The notes: generated from the letters alone by a model not told the origin. A stretch of DNA of 64,000 nt from an uncultured Eubacteriales bacterium (GCA_900542425.1 UQNQ01000004.1:46856-110855); one strand, 5' to 3'; counted from the first letter of the stretch, positions 17,943 through 27,571 are shown. Numbers and translations are program-made.

Positions 17943-18515
17943 ATGGCAAGACCGAAAGGGATCCCTTTTTCTGAAGAATATGCAAGCTCTAACTATGCGG
18001 AATTTTCCGTTTCCCGCAAGCCGGATCATACAATCAAATTGCGCCGGCTTTTATTGGTTCTTTTGTATATTATTTTTGCGGCGCTTTACTGCACGCTGTT
18101 TCTTGTAATATGGAAAATGGCACCGCTTATCGCTATTTTACCGCTGCTGCTTCTGATTTTATGCTATTTTACATGGAAGTTGACAAAAATTGAATATACG
18201 TATATTGTCTGTCAGGGACAATTTCATATCTATCAGGTAAACGGCTTTAATCGTGCAAAAGAAGTATTGGATGTTAAAATCAGTGAGAACGGCGGCGTTT
18301 TCCCTGCCGGTGACGAAGAGCATGCGGATACCTTGAAGGCATGTACGGTTACTTTGGACTATTCGGACGGAAAAGATACGCAGGATTTATATGTCGGGGT
18401 ATTTTCGCGCGGAGAGGATCAGATTGCGGTGTATTTTACAGCGGCGTCAAAGTTGCTCTCGAGTCTTCGTTATTATGGCGGCGACAAAGTGATCGTTGCG
18501 TACGTTTCCCATTGA
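17943..18515 (+). CDS. hypothetical membrane protein
   Basis: 190 aa. Two adjacent hydrophobic helices (LLLVLLYIIFAALYCTLFLVIW, APLIAILPLLLLILCYF), then a soluble domain. No recognisable motif. Confidence 0.5.
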   Translation: MARPKGIPFSEEYASSNYAEFSVSRKPDHTIKLRRLLLVLLYIIFAALYCTLFLVIWKMAPLIAILPLLLLILCYFTWKLTKIEYTYIVCQGQFHIYQVNGFNRAKEVLDVKISENGGVFPAGDEEHADTLKACTVTLDYSDGKDTQDLYVGVFSRGEDQIAVYFTAASKLLSSLRYYGGDKVIVAYVSH

Positions 18516-18524
18516 GGAGCTCCA

Positions 18525-19196
18525 ATGAAGCATTTTTTCAAAACACATCGGCATATTCTGTGGGCGTTATATTTTGTTGTTTATCTTGCCGGATTTTTTC
18601 TTGTGGAAAGGATTGTGCCGACAGAGGGATATCATGTTATGTATCATCCGTTGGATGATAGAATTCCGTTTTGTGAATATTTTATTGTTTTTTATTATAT
18701 TTGGTATCTTTTCCTCGGCGGAACCGCACTTTATCTGATTTTTGCGGATGCTCCCGCATTTCGGCGATATATGTGGTTTTTAATGATTGCTTTTTCATTT
18801 ACGCTAATATTCAATGTAATATATCCCAACGGGCAGGATTTGAGGCCTGATCTTTCTGCGCTTGGAAGAGACAATCTGTTCATTCGGCTGATTGAGATGA
18901 TTTATGCCGCCGATACCAATACGAATGTGTGTCCGAGCATGCATGTTATCGGTTCGTTTGCGGCGATGTTTGCGGTTTTTGACTGCAAACGGCTGCGGAA
19001 AACCGTTGTTGCTCCTATTCTGGCTGTATTGCTTACCATTTTGGTTTCGGCATCGACTGTGCTTGTCAAGCAGCATTCCATTGTAGATGTATTCTGGGGT
19101 GTTATTGCTTCAGCGGTCGTGTTTGTTATTGTATACGGATTGCTTAGAAAAAAGGCAGATTTGCTGGAGATAAAAAAAGAAAAATCACTGATATAA
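18525..19196 (+). CDS. PAP2-superfamily membrane phosphatase-like protein
   Basis: 223 aa, polytopic. The CPSMHV and KQHSIVDV motifs resemble PAP2 C2/C3 (PSGH, SRxxxxxHxxxD). Confidence 0.6.
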   Translation: MKHFFKTHRHILWALYFVVYLAGFFLVERIVPTEGYHVMYHPLDDRIPFCEYFIVFYYIWYLFLGGTALYLIFADAPAFRRYMWFLMIAFSFTLIFNVIYPNGQDLRPDLSALGRDNLFIRLIEMIYAADTNTNVCPSMHVIGSFAAMFAVFDCKRLRKTVVAPILAVLLTILVSASTVLVKQHSIVDVFWGVIASAVVFVIVYGLLRKKADLLEIKKEKSLI

Positions 19197-19275
19197 ATTT
19201 CCGGGGAAAAGCATCTCTCGGAAGTTCAAATCTATCGATATCGCCGGAAGTTGCCGGCGGAATGGAGTGAATGGA

Positions 19276-20688
19276 ATGAGAAAGACGAAAATTGTATGCA
19301 CCATCGGTCCTGCCTCTTCTACGGAGGAGATCATAACGGAAATGGCGCTTGCCGGTATGAATGTTGCCAGACTGAATTTCTCGCATGGTACGCATGCGGA
19401 TCATCAGGAAAAAATTGATACGATAAAAAGGGTCAGAGAACGGCTGTCGCTTCCGATTGCCATTATGCTGGATACCAAAGGACCCGAGTATCGAATCGGA
19501 ACGTTTAAAGAGGGAAAGGTTACGCTTGCCGACGGAGATAAGTTCACCTTTACGACGGAAGATGTTGAGGGAGATGAGCATCGGGTTTCTGTCAATTATA
19601 AGGAGCTTTGTGAAAATCTTGCGCCGGGGGATCGGATTCTTGTCAATAACGGACTTGTCATTTTTGAGGTAACGGAGCTTTCTAAAACGGAAGCGGTCTG
19701 CCGTGTTATCGCAGGCGGGGAGATATCCAATCGAAAAAGCATGAGCTTCCCGGGAAAGCTTATGAGCGGTCCCTACCTCAGCGAACAGGACAAATCCGAT
19801 ATTCTGTTCGGTATTCGCAACGGAATTGATTTCATCGCGGCTTCTTTTGTATCGGTACGGCAAAACCTTGTCGATTTGAACAAATTCCTGCATGAAAACG
19901 GCGGTCACGGCATTGACGTGATCGCCAAAATCGAAAATCGGGCGGGCGTGGACAATATAGAAGATATTTGTGCGGAGTGCGACGGTATTATGATCGGCCG
20001 CGGCGATATGGGTGTGGAGATCCCGTTTGAGGAGCTTCCTGCCATTCAGAAATATCTCATTACCAAGTGCCGGCTTCTTGGAAAGCGTGTGATTACCGCG
20101 ACAGAAATGCTTGAATCTATGATTCATAATCCGCGTCCGACCAGAGCGGAGATTTCCGATGTTGCCAATGCCGTCTATGACGGAACCAGCGCCATTATGC
20201 TTTCCGGAGAGACGGCGGCGGGGAAATATCCTGTACTCACGGTTAAGACAATGTCTAAAATTGCGGAGGAAGCGGAACGCAACATTCGGTATGAGGAACG
20301 TTTCCGTACCAATGAATTCCGCATCAAAAACATAACGGATGCCATTTCTCACGCGACCTGCGGAATGGCGATTGATATCCGGGCGCGTGCCATTGTCGTA
20401 TGCACGATGTCGGGTATGACGGCCCGTATGGTGTCGCGTTTCCGTTCCCCGACGGATATTATCGGCATGACAACGGATGAAAGTGTTTGGAGAAAGCTTT
20501 CTCTTTCATGGGGGGTCACGCCGGTTATGGCAGAAGAGTTTAACTCGACGGATGTTCTTTTTTATCATGCGACGAGTTATGCTAAAAGACTGTTTCATTT
20601 GGAACATGGCGATAAAATTGTTATCACCGGCGGTACGACAAACGGGAAATCCGGAACAACAAACCTGATTAAAATCGAGACGATATAA
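19276..20688 (+). CDS. pyk: pyruvate kinase
   Basis: The track ORF starts at GTG 19267. The ATG at 19276 follows GGAG by 8 nt. MRKTKIVCTIGPAS, NFSHG, MLDTKGPE, IAKIEN, MIGRGDMGVEI, MLSGETA. Confidence 0.95.
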   Translation: MRKTKIVCTIGPASSTEEIITEMALAGMNVARLNFSHGTHADHQEKIDTIKRVRERLSLPIAIMLDTKGPEYRIGTFKEGKVTLADGDKFTFTTEDVEGDEHRVSVNYKELCENLAPGDRILVNNGLVIFEVTELSKTEAVCRVIAGGEISNRKSMSFPGKLMSGPYLSEQDKSDILFGIRNGIDFIAASFVSVRQNLVDLNKFLHENGGHGIDVIAKIENRAGVDNIEDICAECDGIMIGRGDMGVEIPFEELPAIQKYLITKCRLLGKRVITATEMLESMIHNPRPTRAEISDVANAVYDGTSAIMLSGETAAGKYPVLTVKTMSKIAEEAERNIRYEERFRTNEFRIKNITDAISHATCGMAIDIRARAIVVCTMSGMTARMVSRFRSPTDIIGMTTDESVWRKLSLSWGVTPVMAEEFNSTDVLFYHATSYAKRLFHLEHGDKIVITGGTTNGKSGTTNLIKIETI

Positions 20689-20781
20689 ATATTTAGGCGG
20701 AAGCGGCAGAAATGCTGTGTGACGCCGGATGATCAGAAACGCGCTGCCCTTCGGTAAATGGCAGCCGGTTTACAGAAAATG

Positions 20782-20806
20782 AGGACTGTGAAAGCAGTCC
20801 TTTTTT
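20782..20806 (+). terminator. rho-independent terminator of pyk
   Basis: AGGACTG-tgaaag-CAGTCCT followed by TTTTT. Confidence 0.7.
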
Positions 20807-21170
20807 ATTTGCGATATGCTATCGGCATTGCCGTTTGTGAGGATGGCACTATGATAGAAAAGAAAGAATATTCCGTCTGTTGTTTGACGGAACTTGACAT
20901 GTTGCATTTTTTCAGAATATTATTTCCATAGAAATAATAAAATTATTTTTTTATTCGACATGTTTTGACAAAAAATTGCTTTACAATGCGGTATGCTAAT
21001 TATAATAAGGTTTCGAATAGATGTTGTGAAAAGACAAGGTTTGTCAATCGGAATTATTTGTTGTTTTATAATCGGCAATCAGTTTTTTATGCAATTCCTG
21101 CAAAAATTTATTGCAAAAAACCTTATACGCAACTACTATAAACGGAAACAATTAAAGGAGGAACGGAGCG

Positions 21171-22028
21171 ATGAAAAAAATATGCATGTTTTTACTGGCA
21201 GCCGCCCTGCTACTTGCGATGATTTCCTGTTCTCTTATAAAAAAAGAGCCTGAACCGGTGGAGCCTATCGAAATTGATTTAGGGCTTGACTCTGTAAAAA
21301 AGGTGATTGAGGGCGACAAGACTTATCTTGTATTTTCCGATGTTTCAAGTACCGCAACAGAGGACGATTCTGCGTTTATTACACAGGTCGCCGGAGTTGG
21401 TTTCCGTTCAAAAAGTGATTTTTACAATGCGGTTACAGCCGGGGTTTTTACTTCCGAACAAAGGAGAAGTCTCTCTCAGTATGTCACCGCGGAAAATAAC
21501 CGGATCCTTGTTCCGGAACCTGAAACGATCACCGAACTTTCCCCGCGGGGAGATGATGTCTTAAGTACAATACGCTGGTACGGCGGCGATTCCTATTCGA
21601 TTCGTTATGATACCGATTCTTATTACTACTATTTTTCTACGGGAATCGATTATGAGACCGCACATGATTTTTATCTTCAGGAAAACGCGTTGAAAACCAA
21701 AAACCAGATACATTATACCGAAAACGGAATTCACTATACGCAATATGATTATATCGGTGCGGTGTCCGGCGAATATATGAGGCTTTTGCGCTGGGATTAT
21801 GAGGCGGACGAGATAACCTATTCGGTTCTGCAGACCGTTTATGCGGCGGAGGAAGAGGATATTCAAACTTCAGGCAGAAGCGGATATGAAAATTTTACGA
21901 TTGTAATCGATGATGGTGATACGATTTCTCTTGTGAATTCTGGAACTGGTGATGTCTTAAAATCGGTCCTTGTAGACGAGACTTTTGTTACGTCGTTTGT
22001 TCCGCAGGCAATGGTTTTTTCGGAATAG
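21171..22028 (+). CDS. hypothetical lipoprotein
   Basis: 285 aa. Signal peptide MKKICMFLLAAALLLAMISC with a lipobox-like Cys. RBS AAAGGAGG. No recognisable domain. Confidence 0.6.
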   Translation: MKKICMFLLAAALLLAMISCSLIKKEPEPVEPIEIDLGLDSVKKVIEGDKTYLVFSDVSSTATEDDSAFITQVAGVGFRSKSDFYNAVTAGVFTSEQRRSLSQYVTAENNRILVPEPETITELSPRGDDVLSTIRWYGGDSYSIRYDTDSYYYYFSTGIDYETAHDFYLQENALKTKNQIHYTENGIHYTQYDYIGAVSGEYMRLLRWDYEADEITYSVLQTVYAAEEEDIQTSGRSGYENFTIVIDDGDTISLVNSGTGDVLKSVLVDETFVTSFVPQAMVFSE

Positions 22029-22034
22029 TAGAAT

Positions 22035-22067
22035 AAAAGGAAGCACGGTATAACTGTGCTTCCTTTT
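22035..22067. terminator. bidirectional terminator
   Basis: AAAAGGAAGCAC-loop-GTGCTTCCTTTT, between convergent genes. Confidence 0.75.
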
Positions 22068-22079
22068 ATTCTATATTGT

Positions 22080-24584
22080 TTAAGCAAGTCCGAATTTTTT
22101 CGCGGCTTCCTCACGCATTTTATATTTGAGAATTTTTCCTGCGGCATTCATCGGAAAGCTATCTACGAAATCAACATAGCGGGGAACTTTATGCCGTGCC
22201 ATGCTTGCCGCGACGAACGATTTGATTTCTTCTTCCGTCGCTGTTTCTCCGTCTCGAAGAACGATGCACGCCATGATTTCCTCTCCGTAGCGTTTGTCGG
22301 GTACACCGATGACCTGAACATCCTTGACTTTCGGGTGTGTATAGAGAAATTCCTCAATTTCCTTTGGATAAATATTTTCTCCGCCTCGGATAATCATATC
22401 CTTAAGACGACCGGTAATTCGGTAGTTTCCGTCCGGTGTGCGGCAGGCAAGATCTCCTGTATGCAGCCAACCGTCATGATCGATGACCGCGGCGGTAGCG
22501 GACGGCATTTTGTAGTATCCTTTCATTACATTGTAGCCGCGTGCAACAAATTCTCCGTTTGTGCCGTCCGGTGCGTCAAGTCCGGTTTCAGGATCGATGA
22601 TTTTGCATTCCACATGCGGAAATGCATATCCGACGGTTTCGCAACGGATATCAAGCGGATCATCGAGTTCTGTCATCGTACAGCCGGGTGAGGATTCTGT
22701 TTGTCCGTATACGCTGACAATACCGCGCATATTCATTTCGTCCGGCATCGCTGCCCGGCGCATCAGATCTGCCGGACAGTTGGATCCAGCCATAATGCCG
22801 GTGCGCATATAGGAAAAATCCGTTTTGCGATAATCTTCATGGTTCATCATAGCAATGAACATGGTCGGTACTCCGTGGAAACAGGTAATATGCTCGTCAT
22901 TTACGCACGCAAGAGAGGATTTGGGTGAAAAGTAGGGAAGCGGCAGTACGGTTGCGCCATGCGTCATAGCGGCGGTCATGGCAAGAACCATCCCGAAGCA
23001 GTGGAACATCGGAACCTGAATCATCATACGGTCCGCTGTGGAAAGATCCATACGATCTCCGATGCATTTGCCGTTATTGACGACATTGTAGTGGGTGAGC
23101 ATGACACCTTTCGGGAATCCTGTTGTACCGGAGGTATACTGCATGTTGCAGACGTCTTGAGGAGAGACCTTTTCCGCCATTGCTTTTATGGTTTCCTCAG
23201 AGACTCCTATGCTGCGGGAAACCGCTTCCTCCCATGTCATACAACCTTTTTGACGGAATCCGACTGTAATGACATTGCGCAGAAAGGGAAGTCTTCTCGC
23301 GTGAAGCGGCTCCATCGGATCTTTTTGAGAAAGCTCCGGACAAAGTTCTGCGATGATTTCTGCATAATCGGAGTCGCGCCAGCCGTGTATCATAATCAGA
23401 GTATGGGTGTCTGATTGCCGAAGAAGATATTCTGCTTCATGAATTTTATAGGCGGTATTGACTGTGACAAGTACCGCGCCGATTTTGGTGGTTGCCCAAA
23501 AGGCAATATACCATTGCGGCAGGTTGGTTGCCCAAACGGCGACATGAGAGCCTGCCCGCACTCCCATATCGACAAGCGCTCTGGCAAAGGTATCGACATC
23601 ATCCCGGAATTCCGCATAGGTACGTGTATAATCAAGCGTTGTATATTTAAAAGCATACTGGTCGGGGAATTCCTCAACGAGACGATCCAGTACCTCAGAG
23701 AAAGTCAGATCGACGAGCGCTTCTTTCTGCCAAATAAATTTTCCTGTATGAAGTTTATTTTCATAGAGCTTTTTTTCCGCCCGCTCTAAACTTTTGTATT
23801 TCGACATATAACTTGTGAAATGCAAAAGGATGATGTCCATGTCGGTCATATCGGGCATCCACGCCGGATCCCACTCGAGAGAAATGAAGCCGTCATAGTT
23901 GATGGAACGCAGAGCAAGCATCATTTCATCCAGAGGCAGTGTACCTTCGCCAATCAGACGATATTCCGGTTTGCCGTCTATCATTTCCGAATCCTTCAGA
24001 TGAATATGTTTGATATAAGCGCCGAGGTTTTTAAGAGAGGTTTCTGCGCTTTCACCTGCTTTTCTGTAGGTGTGGTGCATATCCCAAAGCGCACCGAGAT
24101 TGTCGCAGGCAAAGCGATCAAGTACGGCGCAAAGTCTGGAGGTATCCGCATAAATTCCGACGGTTTCAAGAAGCAGAGTAACATTTTCTTTTTCTGCTTC
24201 CGGCACGAGCGCTTCCAGATACCGGCAGACTGTCGCATCTGCTTTATCCGCATCCGCGGCACATGCTCTGACACGTACATAGGGAATTTTCAGGCTTGCC
24301 GCCGTTTCGATGCAATCGACAATTTCCGCTACTGTCGTTTCAAAATCCGACATGTCGGAAATATCACGTACAGAATCGACACACGGTACGGAAATGCCTC
24401 TTTCCATTAGATTCCGATATGTCGCACGGATCATATTTTTGTCAAATACCGCATTTTTTCCGGTAAAAATACGGTTGTGAATATCATGAATTTCAATGCC
24501 GTCGTATCCCATTTCGACAGCCTTGTCGCAAAAATCTTTCCAGGACGGAACTTGCCATCCCTTGGTGGAAAACGAAAATTTCAT
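22080..24584 (-). CDS. fusion protein: xylose-isomerase-like TIM barrel + AMP-forming acyl-CoA ligase
   Basis: 834 aa. Residues 1-265 or so (MKFSFSTKGW...GYDGIEIHD...HIHLKD...ISLEWD) form a sugar-phosphate isomerase/epimerase-type barrel. The rest is ANL superfamily (YTSGTTGFPKGVMLTH, YGQTE, WLHTGD, GRLKDMIIRGGENIYP, GKILK). RBS GAGGAGG. Starts 20 nt after the LeuA-like stop. Confidence 0.85.
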   Translation of the reverse strand: MKFSFSTKGWQVPSWKDFCDKAVEMGYDGIEIHDIHNRIFTGKNAVFDKNMIRATYRNLMERGISVPCVDSVRDISDMSDFETTVAEIVDCIETAASLKIPYVRVRACAADADKADATVCRYLEALVPEAEKENVTLLLETVGIYADTSRLCAVLDRFACDNLGALWDMHHTYRKAGESAETSLKNLGAYIKHIHLKDSEMIDGKPEYRLIGEGTLPLDEMMLALRSINYDGFISLEWDPAWMPDMTDMDIILLHFTSYMSKYKSLERAEKKLYENKLHTGKFIWQKEALVDLTFSEVLDRLVEEFPDQYAFKYTTLDYTRTYAEFRDDVDTFARALVDMGVRAGSHVAVWATNLPQWYIAFWATTKIGAVLVTVNTAYKIHEAEYLLRQSDTHTLIMIHGWRDSDYAEIIAELCPELSQKDPMEPLHARRLPFLRNVITVGFRQKGCMTWEEAVSRSIGVSEETIKAMAEKVSPQDVCNMQYTSGTTGFPKGVMLTHYNVVNNGKCIGDRMDLSTADRMMIQVPMFHCFGMVLAMTAAMTHGATVLPLPYFSPKSSLACVNDEHITCFHGVPTMFIAMMNHEDYRKTDFSYMRTGIMAGSNCPADLMRRAAMPDEMNMRGIVSVYGQTESSPGCTMTELDDPLDIRCETVGYAFPHVECKIIDPETGLDAPDGTNGEFVARGYNVMKGYYKMPSATAAVIDHDGWLHTGDLACRTPDGNYRITGRLKDMIIRGGENIYPKEIEEFLYTHPKVKDVQVIGVPDKRYGEEIMACIVLRDGETATEEEIKSFVAASMARHKVPRYVDFVDSFPMNAAGKILKYKMREEAAKKFGLA

Positions 24585-24604
24585 ATGTCCTCCTCACTTT
24601 TCCT

Positions 24605-26008
24605 TTAGATATTTTCGTCATAGGCGATCTTGTTGATCGCATTCACATAGGCACGGATGCTCGAGCCGATAATATCCGTAGAAATTCCGTTCCCAGAATA
24701 AAGTTTCCCGTCGCGGCGGAGTTTCACGAGAGCCGATCCCATTGCTTCTTTTCCTTCTGTGACGGATTGAATCTGAAAATCGTCCAGTTCATATTTTTTG
24801 CCGATGATTTGATCGACCGCAAGGAATGCCGCGTCAATCGGACCATGACCGGCGCAGACTCCCTCAAGGATCTCTCCATTTTTTTCCATTTTGATATAAG
24901 CAGTGGAGGCGATTCCGCTTCCGTTTGTCACCATAAAACCAATGAGACGATACGTATCCGGTACCTGGAGAGCAACGGTAGCGATAATGGCTTCGAGTTC
25001 TACGGCGCCGACGCTTTTTTTGGCGGCTGTGCTTACGACGGACTCATAAACCTTCGCGAGATCTTCGTCGGAAAGATCATATCCGAGTTTTTTCACAGCG
25101 GCTGTAACCGTTTCGATATCGTCACCTTCACTCAGCGCTGCGATATCGTTTCGACTGTCGGGTACGGTAATTTTGTCGGCTGAAACGGAAGAAATTCCGG
25201 TTACAAGGCCGAGCGCACGCAACGACCGTTTCATTTCCGTAATCCGGATGCCGCAGCGAAGACCAATATCCTCTCCGCGGATACGAATGATTTGAGAAAG
25301 TTCGCTGAGTGAGGGAGCTGAGGAAGCATTTCCTACCGTAACTGCGGCACCCGAGGCTCCTGCGCGGAGCGCAGATACCGTGCAGGCGGCGGCAAGAGAG
25401 ATTCCGTTTGCACATTGTATTTCAAGAGGAATATCAGAAAGAGCCGGAATCTCATGTATGAGTTTTTCGATAAAAGCTGAAATTTCATCTGGCATCATAT
25501 TTCCGGCACTGTCACATATGGTGATGGTTGTGGCACCGGCGGATATTGCGGCGCTGATTGCCTGCACAAGGTAAGTAGTTTCGCTTCTGGTCGCATCTTC
25601 TGCGGCGAAATTGACGTTTTCCGTATGCGTTTTTGCATGTGAAACAAGTTCGGTGATGAGCTCGAGAACTGCTGCCGGCTTTTTCCCGCAGTTATATTCC
25701 ATTCCTACGGCGGACATCGGAATGGAAATGAAAAGCTCTGATTTTTTCGCTGTACATACGGCATTCCATGCTTCGTCTACGGATTGAATCGTATAACCCC
25801 CCGCCGGCATAGACAGCGTACTGTTTGAAACAACGGCGGCCATGGTTCTTGTCGCCATTGTATCCGGCTTCGGATTGCGGATCATGGGAAGCCGTATGGT
25901 GTCCACGCCCAGTCGGTCGAGCACCTTTGCTACTTCAACCTTTTCTTTAAAAGAAAGTGATTCACCAGATTCGGTAAGTGTGATATCGGTGAGCTTGATT
26001 TGTTTCAT
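24605..26008 (-). CDS. LeuA/homocitrate-synthase-like protein with degenerate catalytic motifs and intact LeuA-dimer regulatory domain
   Basis: 467 aa. Collinear with isopropylmalate synthase (EKVEVAKVLDRLGVDTI, FAAEDATRSE, GATTITICDSAGNMMPDE, and a C-terminal YELDDFQIQSVTEGKEAMGSALVKL...G.GISTDIIGSSIRAYVNAINK). However DTTLRDGEQ is DITLTESGE, HxHND is QCANG, and GERAGN is GNASSAPS. Confidence 0.75.
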   Translation of the reverse strand: MKQIKLTDITLTESGESLSFKEKVEVAKVLDRLGVDTIRLPMIRNPKPDTMATRTMAAVVSNSTLSMPAGGYTIQSVDEAWNAVCTAKKSELFISIPMSAVGMEYNCGKKPAAVLELITELVSHAKTHTENVNFAAEDATRSETTYLVQAISAAISAGATTITICDSAGNMMPDEISAFIEKLIHEIPALSDIPLEIQCANGISLAAACTVSALRAGASGAAVTVGNASSAPSLSELSQIIRIRGEDIGLRCGIRITEMKRSLRALGLVTGISSVSADKITVPDSRNDIAALSEGDDIETVTAAVKKLGYDLSDEDLAKVYESVVSTAAKKSVGAVELEAIIATVALQVPDTYRLIGFMVTNGSGIASTAYIKMEKNGEILEGVCAGHGPIDAAFLAVDQIIGKKYELDDFQIQSVTEGKEAMGSALVKLRRDGKLYSGNGISTDIIGSSIRAYVNAINKIAYDENI

Positions 26009-26060
26009 GTAAACCTCCTTGCGCAGCGCCTGACACGCTGATTAGCAATTTTTTAGAATA

Positions 26061-26352
26061 AAAAAAGCCGTTCCTGTGAAAATTCACAGGGACGACAATC
26101 CATTTGGCCGCGGTACCACCCCGATTACCGTTCATGAGAACGGTCTCTTTTCCCGGTTCGGCAAAAATGCTTAAACCGGTGCGGCTGTAACGGGCGCTTC
26201 CGTAGTCATCTAATCCGTTTCCGTTTCAAAGACTCCGCTCCGGAATGAGACTGTACACGCTTCCGTTGCTGTCTGCTCGCACCGTCCGCAGACTCTCTGA
26301 ACGCCGTAAAGCCATACATAATTCCATCATCGCGTTTGTTTTTTGATTACTA
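26061..26352 (-). promoter_or_regulatory. T-box riboswitch leader, specifier CUC (Leu)
   Basis: On the reverse strand: GCGATGATGGAA (K-turn/Stem I base), AGAGAG bulge, GGTGCGAG distal loop, and a specifier loop ..GTCTC-A-TTCC with CTC at 26249-26247. The T-box is GGGGTGGTACCGCGG (26120-26106). The terminator is GTCGTCCCTGTG-aatttt-CACAGGAACGGC followed by T7. Confidence 0.85.
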
Positions 26353-26358
26353 CATATC

Positions 26359-26387
26359 ACTATAACAGAAAATTTTTTGCTTGTCAA
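26359..26387 (-). promoter_or_regulatory. promoter of Leu T-box operon
   Basis: Reverse strand: TTGACA, 17-nt spacer, TATAGT. Confidence 0.6.
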
Positions 26388-26509
26388 GAAAAATCGAAAA
26401 GTTTTTTCTTGCTTTGAAAAGAATCAATTTATAAGAAAAGGTGCGGACTTGGACGATACCGGTTTATGTATTTATTTCGCCGAAAAGGCCTGGTGTGATA
26501 TGAGAAGTC

Positions 26510-27301
26510 TTAGTTCATTGGAAAGAGACGCATAAAATTTCCGGAAAAGAACATCTCGTATTCTGCCTCGGAAAGCCCGAATGTCCGAACGCGCTCAAGC
26601 TCTCCTGTGGCATCCCAAATAGGAAAATCCGTGCCGAACATGAACCGGTCAATCCCGAATTTTTCAAACATAGAAAGGGCATAGTCCCGTGAAATGAACA
26701 TGGTGGAACTGGAAGTATCAAACCAAAGCCTGTCGGAGGGAACCAGCAAATCATGTGCTTCCTGCCATCTTCTGTATCCGCCGAAATGTGCGGCGATCAC
26801 GGTCAGATCGGGGATTTTTTTCATAACTGTCGCAAGTTTTGCCGGCGAGGAGGATTCATACCGGTCGTCTCCCATATGCATTAAAAGGGGAAGACCGCGC
26901 TTCGCAATGGCGCGATAGAGAGGAAATACCTTTTCATCGTCAATGTCAAATTTTTGAAAGTCGGGATGCAGCTTGATTCCGCGAAGTCCGAGGGAAACCG
27001 CACGGTCAATTTCCTCTTCAAAATTCCTGTAATACGGATGAATGGAGGCAAGCGCTGTGAAACAATCGTGGTCTTTCGCCATTTGTGCCATAAAATCGGT
27101 GATCGTTTCTGTTTGATCCGGTGTAACAGCGGCGGAACAAACAAGATAATGAGAAACGCCGGCGGCAGTTCCGTCTTTTAACAGATTGGCAACGGAAGCA
27201 GGGGCGCAGTATTTCATTTGATAGAATCCACCGATGGATTTGGATACCTTTTCCGATATTTTATCAGGGAAAATATGCGTATGGGCATCTATGATTTTCA
27301 T
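26510..27301 (-). CDS. amidohydrolase-2 / TatD-like metal-dependent hydrolase
   Basis: 263 aa. MKIIDAHTHIFP, LHPDFQ, LLMHMGD, FGTDFP. Confidence 0.8.
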   Translation of the reverse strand: MKIIDAHTHIFPDKISEKVSKSIGGFYQMKYCAPASVANLLKDGTAAGVSHYLVCSAAVTPDQTETITDFMAQMAKDHDCFTALASIHPYYRNFEEEIDRAVSLGLRGIKLHPDFQKFDIDDEKVFPLYRAIAKRGLPLLMHMGDDRYESSSPAKLATVMKKIPDLTVIAAHFGGYRRWQEAHDLLVPSDRLWFDTSSSTMFISRDYALSMFEKFGIDRFMFGTDFPIWDATGELERVRTFGLSEAEYEMFFSGNFMRLFPMN

Positions 27302-27571
27302 GGTTTTTCACCATCCTTTTGCATTTTTGGACAAAAAAATCCGTTCCTTTTTTGAAATAGAATTGGATTTATTGTTTGGAAGAAAAAATTATAGCACTTT
27401 TTTTTCTTTTTTGCAAGAGAAAAGGAAAAAATATAATTCCCGTTTTTTTGAAATTTTGATTTTACATGTTTTTTTACTTTGTTATATATAAAGAAACAGA
27501 TATTTCTTTTTTTATAGAAATTCCGTCGAAAATTCACCGTGAAGAAGCGTAAAAAATTATTCAAAAAATTC

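Noticed and set aside
19144-20352. 402-aa ORF on the minus strand
   Set aside because: It lies entirely antisense to the unmistakable pyruvate kinase gene. The translation is Arg/Phe/Ile-rich with no motifs or RBS. It is a shadow ORF.
20807-21170. Long AT-rich intergenic region, checked for a small RNA or small ORF
   Set aside because: I could see no convincing stem-loops, conserved RNA motifs or RBS-preceded ORF. The only ORF, MIEKKEYSVCCLTELDMLHFFRILFP, lacks an SD.
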